A stretch of 64,000 bases of DNA from Antedon mediterranea (lineage: Eukaryota > Animalia > Echinodermata), in the NCBI RefSeq assembly GCF_964355755.1, contig NC_092673.1:4092001-4156000 (forward strand), in the 5' to 3' direction. Made by a program: the position numbers and the translations under genes. Under the pieces are notes generated by a model, which did not search any database, was not told where the DNA came from, and was given only the letters and a program-made list of their open reading frames with translations. This document shows positions 1-15,100 of the stretch, piece by piece (positions within the stretch are counted from its first letter, which is position 1; the number at the start of each line of letters is the position of its first letter).

Positions 1-144
1 ATTCAGCAAAGCCTCCGACTATGAAAAGGTGAGAAATGTTTCCAATGTTTGGTTCATTCAATACTTGTTCGATGCATTCTGTGATGTTATTTATAGATGG
101 TTGGAAAAGGGACTGCATTCCTTCTAACGAGAAACGTATCATTC
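1..144 (-). CDS. HSPA12: HSPA12-like exon (truncated by window edge)
   Basis: ttacag acceptor; translates GMIRFSLEGMQSLFQPSINNITECIEQVLNEPNIGNISHLFIVGGFAE(S), including the Hsp70 adenosine-binding motif. Confidence 0.92.
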
Positions 145-3100
145 CTGTAATTCAAGAAAAAAAAAGTTAATTTGCATTAAGTATTACCAGGGAGTAGGAC
201 TCGGGGCGGCGCATTTCTTTCATTGGACACCTAAAATAAATTGTGAACTAATTTATGATATCTATTTTTGACAGACTATTGATATTATACGTTAGCGCTC
301 AACCGTGACAAATCCGCACCTGAATATGAAAAGGTAAGATAAAAACAAATATGGTATAGAATCCAAAAATCGTTTGTTTAAATCAATCAATCAATCAATG
401 TCTTTATTCATGAAATACATACACATCAATTAAAAAAAACATGAAAGTTTGATGATGTAATATATTACAAAACAAATCTTAAAATTGGTAGTCAACGCGA
501 TACTATGAATCAAAAAAATATATAATATACCTTGAGGAGACCATTTCACATCTTCACTGTTGTAATCTTTCAATGCATTTTCAACTGTTGACGTCTTTGT
601 AAACTTTTTGTAATAGTCAATGAATGAGAATGGGAGCGACACATTCAATGGGTTGCTTTTCCATGGCTGTATGTTTCGTTTTCTTGCTTCAAATGCTATC
701 ATTAGATCCACCCATCCAGCTGGCCGTTTTACCTATGGAAAGTAAAAGAGGCATGTCAAAGGTTAAACTTTGTTAAACTTCTTAGGACTAGACATTTACT
801 GATTCTGTAGTTAGATAGAGTTGTGTATGCATTTGTCCATACAGCAATTAAACAATATACAAGCAGCTTTCCAAGGTTTATTTTTACATTCACACTGACT
901 AAATACAGCCCCCCTATCACTCCTGACTATCTCTTAAAGCAATGTGAAAGAGATAATATAAATTTTTAATTACTAAATAAATGAGCATTTACTTTGAACT
1001 CATCAATAAAATCTTGTCCACAGATCTCAACCAGAAGTTTTTGAAACTGCCTATCAACACTGATCGAACCAAACGTTCCTCCTGATGCCCTATGAACTTC
1101 CACTAGACCATTATGATCTTCAATTTGATGGACAGTGATGTCGACAGTTCCTCCACCGCAGTCTACAACAATGTATCTACAACCTAATTGTGAGAACAAA
1201 ACAAAAACATGTTGTTTCTGCTAAATTTAAAGGTATTGTTTTTTTCTATCCTGGTGGAAATTAAGAATCTGTCCCATACCAATGGGCAGGGATATTAGCT
1301 TTGAGAATACCTCTTTACACTATTTGATAGTGTGCAGTAATATACATTATTTAATAATCCATAAAATGCTAAAAAGTTGATCCATTCAAATGCTCAAGAT
1401 CTATTAGTCCTCTCCATCGCCATAAAACAAATATGTATTTCTCATAACCTTTGAACAAAATACTATATGGCATTTTTATCTCTATGGAGTTTTCCTCAAT
1501 GACCAAAGGTACCTTTTGTGAGATTCTCTGGAACAGTATACAGTGATGCATTCATATTTTCCACTTCAATAATGCTTTTTCTTTTACTTTTATCAGGCAC
1601 AAATTCTGTTTTCTTAAGCTGACGAATATAGATAGATGCAGCTTCTGGCTCCAGGGCAATTGTCAACTGATCTGGGTTAGACGGAGAACCAATACCAGCC
1701 TAAAAAACAAGGATAAATAAAGTAACAATATATATATTTTATAACAAAATGATTTCATAGTTTAGTACAGTGGAAGCATATATTCATTTACCAAATAAGT
1801 TGCTTTCCTTATGAACTGTTTAGCTTGCTGTTTCCAAATTGCTGGCACGGTCAGAACCCAGCGAATGTCCTGCTGGTCCACGTGATGGTCACTGCGGTCA
1901 GACACATCTTTTAATGCACGGTCCTTAAAGAATGCAAGGGCTAATTCAAACAGCTTGATGGCTGGTACATGAATGCCATTGCCTGCCTCTATCTCCGTAT
2001 CGAGATCTAAATTCTACAAGAACAAATATTTTATACAGTAATATAAAGTAAGATAAAAATATTTCTTTCTTAATCTTACCATATCTTTAATATAAAAATA
2101 GGTAACGTCAACCATATATTGAGTATAAAACAGGTTGGAGACCATTAGAAGACAAAAAAAGAAGCAAGGGAAGGGAGATGTCAGAAAGCAAGAGATTGAG
2201 GCCTGGAAGCAACACTCTAAAGCTATCAGTCCAGAAGACCATGGCTGATTGAGATAAGTATGAAAAAAGGTCATTGTATTTCTTGTACAATATATCATCT
2301 TGTTGCATGTTGTTAAAGTGGAGAATATGTAAATCAGTATTATCAGTTATCATAATTCAACTACCTCCTCACACCCCGCTCCCTTTTCCCCACACCAGAT
2401 AGATTTTGCACAACTTCCCGTAATTCTTCCCTTTAAAAAGATTTATCAACACTACCACCTGTGTAGTAAATAATAATCAATCTATCCACATTGTATTTAA
2501 CAAGCCAATTTGAACCTGTGATAATTGCAATAAATTGAACTCCATTTATCAGCTTATACTGTACATGTAGTTCAATAGTGACTGATCATAACATAACTAC
2601 AGGCCTATCAACAAGACTTCAGATTTCTCTTCTCATGTACTGTACAGTATTGTATATGGACAAATATGCAGTTATGCAGGTGTTAAGTGACTTCTCCCAT
2701 CGGCAAGGTTAAAGGTCGCCTATGGATCAAACTTAATACATCTTCAATTTCATATCCTCAAAATAATGAGCACACTATGTTATCATTGGTGACAGATTAT
2801 ATTTCCAGAAATTGGAAGATTAGAATAGCACTATTGAATACATGATGATTTCGTAAATTAAATTATTAACTTGTTGATTACATACAATCGTTTCTTTTAT
2901 CAATTTAACATGCCAGTTTAATGTCAAAAAACTTTCGGTTTTCTTTGTGTAGCAGAAAGTTAAAATATAAACACAGATCAGCAATGGTATTGCCCCTTTA
3001 AGGTCTTTCGTGGAACGTTCTGTTCAGAAAGTGTTGCACTAATTTGCCTCAACTATGGTGGTATGCCCTAACACCAAGAATATTCTGCTGGACTAAAACG

Positions 3101-6100
3101 ACGTCACTCATGCAGTACTAGATAACTAAAGTACTAATAAGTGATTTAGTGATTAAGATTATTAAATTAAATTATAAATGTACGTTTTAATACAACAGGT
3201 TTTGTCAAACTACAGGTTGATCATTAAGGAAAATTAATATGAAGAAAAACAGAAATGGAAGATGATAGCTCATTTAATGGCATCATAAAAGCCTCGGGCA
3301 ATAGTGTTCCATCTCTTAATTCCATTACAAAATATTATTGTAAACATACATTATTCATTGACATACAGTATTATAATTACTGACCCAGGAACAAATGCTT
3401 AAATAAATCATTTCAATATTCAATCAAATACACAATGTTTGATGTGCAGATATTCAATATATTAATTGTTACGCAAAGATCATTAAAGATAGTTTGCTAT
3501 TCATGTATTCAAGACTTTCCAAACACTGTAAAATATTTGATTTATTCAATTATGCTGTTTTATATACATGTAGACTTTTTATTTTGTGTGGAAAAATATA
3601 ACTGCTGGGCACCAGCACATTTTGATGTTTTGTGAGCAGTGCTTGACAAAAAATAGTTTATAACAAACCTTTTGTTTATTTTTGTAAGCAATTGGTTTTA
3701 AAGAGATGAAAAGAGAAAAGAAAGGTTTGAGCAATACTGACGTACCTCTATGCTAATTATATGGTATCTTTTTGGCAACAAAAATAGGCGTTGTCTCTTC
3801 ACATAGATATCATGCATAGGTACCATCATGGAGAAATAAGTTTTCCAATTCTCCATGATGGCATGAATAGGTATCATGATACGCTGGGAGTGGGAGTGAC
3901 CAAGATTGACAATTCAGAGTCAGACAAGGATTAATTGATAATCTGCTGTAATAATGGATTAAGTATTAGATTAATGACCTTACAGGATCTTTATCCAATA
4001 AATATTTTATAATGAAAGATTACTTGCTAATCCATAATAACTCTATGCTAATCCCCAGAAAAATAGATTTAAATGCCTATTAAAAATGCTAAAAATGTTG
4101 CAGAATGATTAAAAATGATAGTTTTTAAATAAATAAATGTTCAATTTTATTTCTTTAATATGACCCTGTAAATTTGGTATATTTTCGGCTTGCAATTGAT
4201 TTTATTTGCCTGGTTGCAGCCTTCAAATATTGAAACACGAAAGACGCCCAATTCTAAATATTCTATTGGTTGTTAATTTCAAATATTTCTCAATTTGTTC
4301 AGAAGAATTTAAAAAAAAAAACAGTTGAAACTGGAATTTTAAAAACTAAAACACATTCTCTCACATCCTATAAACAAACCCTTCAGAATGTAAACATCTT
4401 TAAGGCATTTGTCTATCTTTTATTACTACTAACATTTGACAATTTTTTTTAAATTTTGCTCTGTTAGAGTTTATGAAACATGTAATGTTCTTCAAGGGGG
4501 GCCCAGCCGGCCCGGGGCCCCTCTAAATTTCACAAATTGTAATGCAAAAGGACATCAAATTAAGTTCAGCACCCTATTTAAAAATCCTGGATCCGCAACT
4601 GTTGGCGAACCATATGACTAGGGTTGACTTTGTTTATCGTTTATAAAAACTAATATTATAATATCTTTTTAATAATCATTAAGAAATAAATAATCCTCAT
4701 TTGCAACGTAAAGCTAACAAACATGGCCTTTGAATATTGGAAGTTAAGAAAAATGGCCTTTGAATGTGCCTCCCTCTGGTCAATATCTAAAGATAAACAT
4801 TAAGATACCTTGGCTTCTGCAATCCATTAAGTCTACCTCTTAAGCATAAAACACCTCTGGAAAGCCTTACAAGAGTGTTCATGATTTGAGCCCTGGGACA
4901 GGGTTTATACAAATCCTTCGATGAGCCTACCGGGAACCAAATTGAGTCACAAGATTTTTTTTTACCTGCTGCTGAGTTCACTGACTGGTCAAATTAAGAA
5001 ATGTTATTATTATTAATAAATTATAACTGACATCAAGGAATAAGATTTATTTTTATGTGGCTTTTTAAGTTTTGCTTTATTTTATTCTGTTTGTTGGTTT
5101 GTTACATTTATTTTCCACACATTCAACAAAAGAGAACAGATATTTATACTTTAAAGAAAAAATAGATACAAAGAAGACAATGTGTGAAAGGAGATCAAAA
5201 TAAGTAATAATTACTATAAGCATTGACCATCTAAGCAGTTGTCGACATGACAAGGAAACTAAAAAGAAGATGTCTGTATACAATTATGGAACTGTCAATT
5301 GATTCTATGTATTGTTTTACATTTTTTCTCTTGAAGTGGCAACCACTTGTGTTTCATTATCTGCATTTAAATATATGTAACTGTCTTCATTTGGTTATGT
5401 AGAACCTGTCTATTGTATAAAATAAATAATTTTTTACACAAAATGCTTCAGAATAAAAGAATGAAATAAACAATTTAATTACGGTATTATATATACTGTA
5501 GTACAGTATCAAAAATTGATACAATAAATTAAATGTAATATGAGTAGAAACCCCTCCTTTATTAAGGAGATATTTCTCAATAAAACAAGGGGAAATATAT
5601 GTTTTAACACTACAGCCAATTCAATAGACACCTCTATTTAAGGGACACTTTTGTTGGAAGAACTTCCAAAAAGAAAGAGATGTGTATAGTATCTGGTAGG
5701 ACTTTTTTATAGTAGTGAAGAGAATTACATTATAGTACAACCCATAATGTGCCTCATCTTAAATAATACTCCAAGGTGTTTATATTGACCCCAGCATGAC
5801 CTTGATATGTACGCTACCTACCTACCGCAATCTAATAATAAACTACCACAAAACTGTAACCCAAACCAAATTTACATATATATTGTAGGTCGAAAAATTA
5901 TTAACATTTTAAAACTAAATCAGAAGTTTGGTGTATTTAAAAAAAGTTTTTTACAATTTTTATGGTTTAATAAATTGTGTACGTACTTGACCTTAATTTT
6001 CTTTTGCATAAGATTTTTTTTAAAGATGATAAAAAAAAAGCTTCATTATATCACTTTACTGTTTGGTTGTGATGTTGGTGTTAGTTTCCATGGTGACAAT

Positions 6101-9100
6101 GTTATAACATGATATTTTGGTTTGGATTATAGCCAAATATTTTTTGGTGATATGATTTTATTGAATAGAGTTAAATTTATTAATATATTTGTTTACCCTC
6201 TATGTTACAGTTCATACTCTTATGTATAGCATGTGAATCCAATGAACCCACTGCTTAGTAAAACTATGTGACTGTTATGTAGATTTTATGCAAATCAAAA
6301 TTCTTGCATAATTAATTAGGTGTGGCTTTCAGTGTGTTGCTTCCTGTGAAAGGTATACACTTTACAACTATTTGTTGCATTTGGATGTCACATTACCCAA
6401 ACCACTTATACTAACATGCCCTTCCCCTCCCAAACAAAATTTGTAAATGCAAGCATTATTAAAGTTTAGCACTCCATTTTCAATTTCTAAACCCTGGTTC
6501 CCCTCCGTTCCCAAGCCCCCACCCCCACTTAAATCCCTGTATCCAACACTGCAATGACATATACAATGACACCATTTTGTTGTTAATATGACCTCTATCA
6601 ATAACACAAAATTAACATTTCCAGAAATATCTGCATGAAATCACAAATTTAATAGTAGTTTATCAATACCCTGACTCCAAGCCTTAGGATACTTCTGTAT
6701 TCATTTTCAGGGGAATAAAGATGGTCTACCTGCATTTCTTTAGTTACACAGTGCATGAACATTCTTATTGCTTGTATTATTCTCTAGTGTATCAGATTTA
6801 TCAAATAACACAAGCTTCAATAGATACCTTATCAACAACTTCAACAGATTGGAATGTGAGAAATCAACAACTTCATCTATTAAAACTATTTAGGCATTAT
6901 ATACTATATATTGTATATAATGCCTCAGAAGTCAAGTCGGTGACAAAAACCTTGTGATGAACAGATGAATATATTTTGTACTTACACTCAACAGTAGTGC
7001 GCAACATTTCCAGGGTAATAAGTAGACTGTTCTCAGAGAGTCGTGCAGAGTGGAGGGGTGGGGCTTTTCACTTGCAACGCCGCCTCATGCTTTGTGTAAA
7101 TTATGAACTACTTTTGACATTTATTTTTGACATACACTTTTGTTATAGCGCTCTTCTGTTAAAAAAATATTGGATCCTTTCCTGGTTGTCGTATCTCCTT
7201 TATATGGGTCTGTTGATATGTAAATATTAAATGTTCCCACAGAATAAGAACAGAATAATGCTTGAATTGTTTTGTAGTGACGCCAGAATTGTTGAATAAA
7301 ATTCTTACCTGATTGGTGTGAAGTGGCATTTTAAAGTTATCAAAATACAACCATTTCTGAGCCTCTTTGTGTTCCATATCATGATAGAAATCCCTGGCAA
7401 CAAAACCAAACGAATGAAACTCTCCTTCAGGTGTCAGAAGTAAAGTTGATGGCATCTTCGTATTCCATACTCCAGGATCTCCGCCCTGCCACTTGCGCAT
7501 TACAAATATCTCTTCAGGATTTGTCGGAAAGCAGTATGCATACCCACTAAATGTTGAACCAAAGTCTATTGCAATCACCACTTTGTAGGTTGTGGTAAAC
7601 TGAATTGGTAAAATGCTTGGATCTTCTGGTAGTTCTGGTGCATTTTCTGGATCACATGCATTGCTGTTGTTGCGATGTACACTCTTGAGTGGTGTACTTG
7701 TTGACGGCCCATCTTCTTTAAGGAAAAAAAGTAATACACAATATGTAAAATGGTATCAGTTTTTGAGAAGACAAAGGTGAGTTTCCCACATTTTAAAGAA
7801 ATTGAGCAATAATTGACGAAGATATTGATTGATATTGATATTGATAAGTATATTTATTGTCATTTGTAAATATATAACATTTACATTAAAATGAATTAAA
7901 CGGTTTCGGCTAACAACAAATAAATAGAACTTAAACTACATAGTGAAACAATCCCACGCCGGACACCATCCTGGTACTTCTAGAACTGGTTTCAAGGTTG
8001 GTAAACAACATACATTAGATTTAAATTGCTAGATTTTTAAAGTGCTGTACAGTAGTAAAAAAAATCTTCCAATCCAACCAATATTACTAAACTATTATTA
8101 AATGTTTTAAAACTTTTAATCATGGAAAATAATAGTGTTTTATGACACATTTTTAGTCTTTGACCTCCCCCCACCCCCTTTTAGCAATGTCAAACATCCT
8201 CACTCATCCTTGAATGCAATTACTTGATGGTCAGTGCCACTGCAATGAAGCATAAAGGTAACATTGATACAGTACATCAACATGTTTACAAAGTACAATT
8301 TCTAATATACCACCTTGTATTTATCTTAAGATTGACATTTACCACAAACAATAAACAAACATGATAAAGTTTTAAAACACTTGTAACAGTAACAATAAAC
8401 TGAGGCCAGATTACTCTTTCTAGCAAATAGCAAAGTGGTCAGTCAATACTGATATAGCTATGTTGACACTGTACATAATACTAACCCTACAACAACAAAC
8501 AATTGTAGTATCAATTCTGAAGTTTTTGTTTCTAGAATCACTCATGATATTAGTAAAACTCTTACTCATGATTTTATTACTACACTTACTTAGGATTTTA
8601 GTACTACTCTTACTCCTACTCATGATTTTAGTCAAACTCTTATGATTTTAGTATTGTTTTAGTAGTAGTACTACCCTTACTACACTGATAAATTTAATCT
8701 TCTATTAACTTCTTTTTATGTATCTCCGTAGAAATCATTTTCAGTATGGTAGATTGTCCAAGTATCATTTCCTATACTTGTAAATTGATACAGTTATCAG
8801 ATTATCAAGATTCAAATATTAAACTCTGCATTAATATTATCACCGTAACTAAATATTGTATTTACACTTTCCTTTTCAAGACCCTTAAGTTGGGTCGGCT
8901 TGGCACCATTAATTTAAAACCCACTGGTTTAATCAAAGAGGAATGATATTGATATTCTCAAGATATGATACTTGATGCATAGCATAGCATAGAATATTAA
9001 CGTATTTAAACTTCTATACACCAAGTTCCATTCATTCATATTATATTATATTCTAAATTTCAACGTACAGTAATTTAAAGCATGGATGTAATTGTTTTGG

Positions 9101-12100
9101 GGTGGAGATGTGCAAGACACCCGCCTTTAAAATATTAAGTCTTTCACCCTTCCTGATCTTATTTTAAAGCCTTCCACCCAGCCCAATTTAAAATTCTGGA
9201 TACTGTTGCATATCCCACCTACCCAAAGCATTTTGACACCTATCCCTAGACATCTCTAGCTACATCTCTGATAACAATATAAAATATGTACTTACCCAAA
9301 TTAAATGACACGTCTCCAGATAATTTTAGATGTTCATCTGTATCATCAAAAATAGATTCATCTTTCAGGTCTTTTCTCTTTTTCCCTTTACTCAATTTTG
9401 AAACCGAATCATCTGACGAAAGAGAATAGTTATGTGCTTTGACCGTTCCTGATGGAGAGACGACAGCTGGTAAGGTTTTACTCTTTCGTTTCCCAGAGAA
9501 ACTTATCTTAGGCAGTCTAAAACCTTTTCTTTTATTCTTTTCTACCAAAGAGTGACTGGAACTAGAACTTTTTATGTCTTCGTCAGCTTGACTAGAGCAA
9601 CTGGTCTCCATAGCAGAAACATCTGCTGATGGATCAACCTCTGCAGAAATTCCTGCATTTACTGAGAATTCTTCTGGGCATCCAAAACCTGGAAGGCTTA
9701 CTTCCCCTTCACCAACTCCTGAAGAAAGTCCAGAATCAGAGGCAGTAAATGCTGGACTTGGTAAATCCTTGTTGATATCTGTAATGCCACCACCAGTACT
9801 TGATATATTCAATTTTAAAGGTTCGTGTGAATCTTTAATAATTACATCAACTTGTTTATGTTCTGCCGTGTCAATCTTTATCATATCCAAATTGTTTCTT
9901 TCTTGACCCTCTATTTGAGGTCTTAATTCAATTGTATCGACAACATCTTCTACAGAAGTTGATATGTTTTCTCTGTCGGATGGTAATTCTAAGCCAGATG
10001 CATTCAGAGAGAGATCTGGATCTGAGGTATCTGCTTCTCCTTTTAATTTCACATCAGAAATGATAGGTTTTTGCATGTCAACTCCATCCAATTCATCTTT
10101 CAGATCAATTACTATTTTTTCTTTATACACTTTTTCCTTTTTACTTTTTGATAATTTGAAATTTAATGAAGGCATTTTGATTTTCTTTTTAGGTTTTGAA
10201 TTAATGACTTCATCCAATTGTCCTCCATCAATTTCACTTTCTAAGTTTTTAACCTGTAATGACTTGTCCACAGAAATATCTGGTAAACTCCTGGCAGGTT
10301 CAATATCAACTGATGAACTAGGAAGCAATGTTGAGTCCTCCTCTTCTATGGAAATAGGAAGTGATAATGACAATGGTCTTGGTTCAATCTTAAAATCTTC
10401 ATCGACACCATTGGTTGATGAAGGAAGAACTTCCATCGATTTTGGGCGTCTGAGATTTTCAGTATCCATATTTATTTTGTTGGTTTTATTTTTTCGGTTC
10501 CACAAATTAGGAAAGTTGAATGAAGGTAAAGTAAAACGTTTCTTCTTTTTCTTTAATTTTGGACTCGATAGCTCAGGTTCTGAACTTCCTTTCCGTAAAC
10601 GCATTTTCACACTTCCCTCGATGCTAATGCCACGACTGACCCTAGGCTTGAAGTCTAACTTGGTTTGAGGAAGAGTTGCGGATTTCTCAGATTGTTGAAT
10701 ATAATATTCTGTTTGTAATTTTTCAGTTGATGGTTGTTTGACAATTTGAATATCACTTTCTAGTTTGGTTTTGACAATCTCGTCTATGTCTGTTTTTAAG
10801 TTAACGCTTAAAGGTTGAGACTCTCCCAAATCATAAGAATCAACACCATTCTTTGTGGTTGGTTCACTCAATTTAATATTCGCATCTACTTCATTTTCAA
10901 ATAAGATAGGATTATCTACATTAACTTCTGAATCTTGAATGTCTTGTAAGGTTGGCCTACATGTATCCAATTTTGTTGCGTCCTCAAGATCTGTTTCAAT
11001 CCCTAGATTAATATTATAATTAGATATCTCTTTTGTTTCAGGTTGATCAATGTTTATTTCAGCTGAGGTATGAAGTTCTGGAGTTTCCCCTTCAGAAACT
11101 ATACTTGAGCTTTCTTTGTTTAGCAGAACATTACCAATATCGGGAACTGTTACATTGATGTTTTCTGTTTCATGTTTTGGTACGTTTTCCATCTCCAAAT
11201 TTTGTGTTGGTATATCGATATTCTCTCCCTTATTGTCCATATTTATGTTTATATGAAGTTGTGGATGCAATTTTATTTCATTCTCATCCACATCAATTTT
11301 AATTTCAGCATCCTCTGTTGGATAGTCCAAAACTTCAGGTAGTTGGCATTCAACCTCATTATTGGTTTCGACAACAGCATTTGTTCTTAATTTCTGACTC
11401 TGAACTCTTGCATCAACATCGGGCATACATACTTGTAATTCCTCTCTATCAAGATTTGATTCTGGTAATTCTGACACTACCAGATTGTTAGTATCAATAC
11501 GTTTATCATGTTCTGCCTTAATATCAACATCTGGTGAACATGTTGTTAAATCATCTATCAAATTATCCTTTTTCTTTTTATCCCCAATTCTTGGGATATG
11601 AATGCCTCCTAGCAGGCCTTTCTTTTTGTGGGGTTTAGATTTCTTGATTTCTTTTTCTTTATTTCCATTTCCGTCATCATAACCAGCACCTATTTCAACA
11701 TCACTGTTGATAGTAATTCCTTCATCAATAGTAGCTTTTAGGCTTAAATCTTCAATATCTGGGTTTTCCTCAATAGTATCCAATGCTAAAACATCCCTAT
11801 CTTCTAAATGTAACACACCTGGATCAATATCTGTCTTTAATACCTCAATATCAATATCTGCATCAATATCTGCTTCAATGCTAGTGTCCTTTTGAATTTC
11901 TATTGTGCCTTCTATGCCAGGTTTTTCTTCACTTAGTCCTACGCCACTTTGAACTTGATCGCTCACACCTGGTATTGGAGTTAAATCACAATCCACCACA
12001 CCTTTATTTCTCTTCCAAGAAAACGATGGTAGATGTATATTAATCCCACTAAAGAATCCTTTCTTCTTATTCTTAGCATTGTTGTCATCATTATGGTCAG

Positions 12101-15100
12101 TGATATCATCTGAACTGCTACTCCTACTTTTTGAAACGTTATCATTCTCCATAATACCTTCTTCTGGAATACATTCAAGCTCTTTTTGTTGAAAATCTGT
12201 TCCAAATTCTGGAGTTTCAAACTCTTCAAAGTTGTCTTCATTTAATTCAACATCCACATTCAAAGAGGTTGAAATTACAGAAATCTGTACTTCAGCATCA
12301 GCATCCTTTATTTCCTTTTCAATTGAGGATGTGGTATCATTAATTTGATTGGACTGAGGTATGTCTGTATCAACTTTTGACTCCTCAATTTCAATCATTT
12401 TATTCCGATGTTTTTTCCCTCCAAACTTGGGAAATTGTATGCCCTTTGCGAACAACCCTTTCTTTTTCTTTTCATGTTTAGAAGAAAGTTGAACTCCATC
12501 TTCTTTCAAATCTGAGGATTCTGTTGTACTTATATCAATGGGAAAGTCACCTGACACATCACCTTTCAATTCTGAAGTGCTATGATTTTTTACATCAATC
12601 TCCTCCTTTAGGTTTACATCAGTTGCCTGTGCAATTGCATCTATTTCACTTTCTTCTGGACACACAGAATCATTTAATTCTGGGTGCATAATATCTACAT
12701 CAATTCCATCATGTTGTGATAATTCAATTTCATTGTTTTTTCTTCCTCCAAAATGTGGAATATGAATGTTGAATCCACTGAATCGATTTTTCTCTCCTTG
12801 GTTATTAATTTCACAATTATCAGATATTGTTAAAATGTCTAGATTTGATTCATTTTCAATAAGACAACTTTCATCTACATCTTTGTCTAAATCTCGTATC
12901 TCGCCATTGCCTTCAAAATTTGAATCTTTTACAACTGTAAACTTTGGATCAACATTTATTGAGGTAGTATTTAAATCACAATCTAAATGTTGTGGTGTCT
13001 CGACTCCTATGTTACAATCGACATCCTTGCGTTCAATACCTGGAACATTAAAACTGATTTCAGGTGATACCTCAGTCTCTGCATCAATGTTTTCACTTGA
13101 ACTATCTGAAATGGCAGTGTCTTTCATATTCCATATCTTTCTGTTGTTACGCTCTTTTAAATTCATATCAAACACATGCTTATCTTCTTCTGAAGATTTG
13201 CTTGAAATTTCACAATCCACATCATCTACAGCTGGTCTGTATCTGTCTTCTGAAAATTCTTTATCATCATCTAGAATCGATACGCTTTTGATAAACGTTT
13301 CAGAATTACCTTTATCGTTATTAAGAACAATTCCTTTATTTGTATCTTGTATGTTAATGTCGATAGCTATATTACAATTATCAATACTTTCTTCCATATC
13401 AATACTGCCCTTTTTGTGCTTACTTCCGAAACCTGGCATGTGGAACCCGGAAAAGAACCCTTTTTTCTTTTTGTTCCTATGTTTATTTTCCGATTCTATT
13501 CCTTCCGATGTTTGTAAATCTTCCTTATCCACATCAATACGTAGATCTTCTGATTTGTTTGCCGTTTTATCACCATTATTATCATCAAATGTTACTGGTT
13601 TATGGTCACTACAGTTAGAAACTGCCCGAGCAAACTTTATGTGAACTATTTTATTTTCAGTATTACTCTCTTTTGAATCGGCCTCCATAGTTGTACCTAA
13701 GTCAAGTACTTTATGGTCTTCTTTCTTTACTGGCTTTATATTTTCTGCAGCTTCTATTCTATCCGTACCCAAAATAACTTGTGCTTTTTTAGGTATTTCT
13801 TGCCAAGCAATACACTCATTATCTCCTTCAATGTCTGGACTGATTGCTAAAGACTCTAAATCTGGCTTTTCCTTCTTTCCGCCAGATATCTGTCTAGCGA
13901 ACCCACTTCCAAAAATGCCTTTGTTTTTCTTTGTTTTTTTCTTAGTCTTTTTCTTTTTGCGTTTCTTCCCTTTTGACAACTTGAGCACTTCATCATCCGA
14001 ACTAGTAGATGATGAAGCAATATCTTTCCCTGTCCACTGTATTTCTAGGTTTTTATCTTCTATTGGTACACCCTCTGTAGCTTCTCCTTCAAATCCTGCA
14101 TCAACACCTATTTCTTGTGTTATACAGGAAGTCTGTGCATCATTTACAATATCAATCTTTTGACCATTTTCTAATACAAACTGATCCATATCGTTATTTC
14201 TTGTTACGCCTACATCAATGCCAACAGACCCCAAATTGCTCTCTTCCTCGATCTTACTGTCATATTTGTTACTTTTAAGTGCAATATCTTTTGAGATATC
14301 AACCCCTGCACAATTTTGAACTTCCAACTCCATAGGATATAGATCATCTTCACCTTGATTTCCAATATCAACTTTATTTCCTATGTTTAGTGAGATGTTG
14401 CGTTCGCTTTGACAAGTATTGTCGGTTTTAAAATTTGTCGTTGGTTGTGATACACCTCCACTTTCTAATAATTTTTCAGCATCAGACTTATTTGTATCCA
14501 TATCTAAATTCATGTTAACCCAAACATTAGCATCCTCAAATTTTGTTGAATCTTTTTCGAAAGATGAATTATTTTCTATGTTGTCTGTTTCCTCTACCAC
14601 CAGACCTGACATGTGAATTCCAACATTTGCCGAAATATCTTCATTTTTAGTTTCTTCTTTTCCTTCATTAACATCACTTTGTCCAGTGGCTGTTGTGTCT
14701 AATGGTTGACCAAGGTCCATCTGTAAATCAATGGTCTTCCGCCCTGTCGTTTCCACATCTTCCTGTAGCTCTAACTGTGTAATCTGCTCTTTGCTTATAG
14801 ATTCACCTGAATCGTCTGGCTTATCATTCAACTTAAAATCTTCCTGTTTGGAGTTATCACTCAAATTTAATTCAACATTCTCACTGTTTGAGATTTCCAG
14901 ACAGCCTTCAAATGTTGGAATGTTAAATTTTCCACCTGTTGCACTGGTATTATCTGTTTTAAGGTCCACTTCTGACGAACCTTTACATTCATCTGATCGG
15001 CCATCTTCTTTTACAGAAGACTGTATGGTTATCTCTGAATCACCTTCACCATTTACTATTTCGTTTGAAGCTCCTGGACATTCAATCAATGTTGTTGGTA

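Noticed and set aside
4490-4602. GC-rich island as a promoter
   Set aside because: It ends in aaaatcctggatccgc.actg, the reverse of ggatccaggatttt at ~41660, so it is more likely a remnant of a hAT-type MITE.
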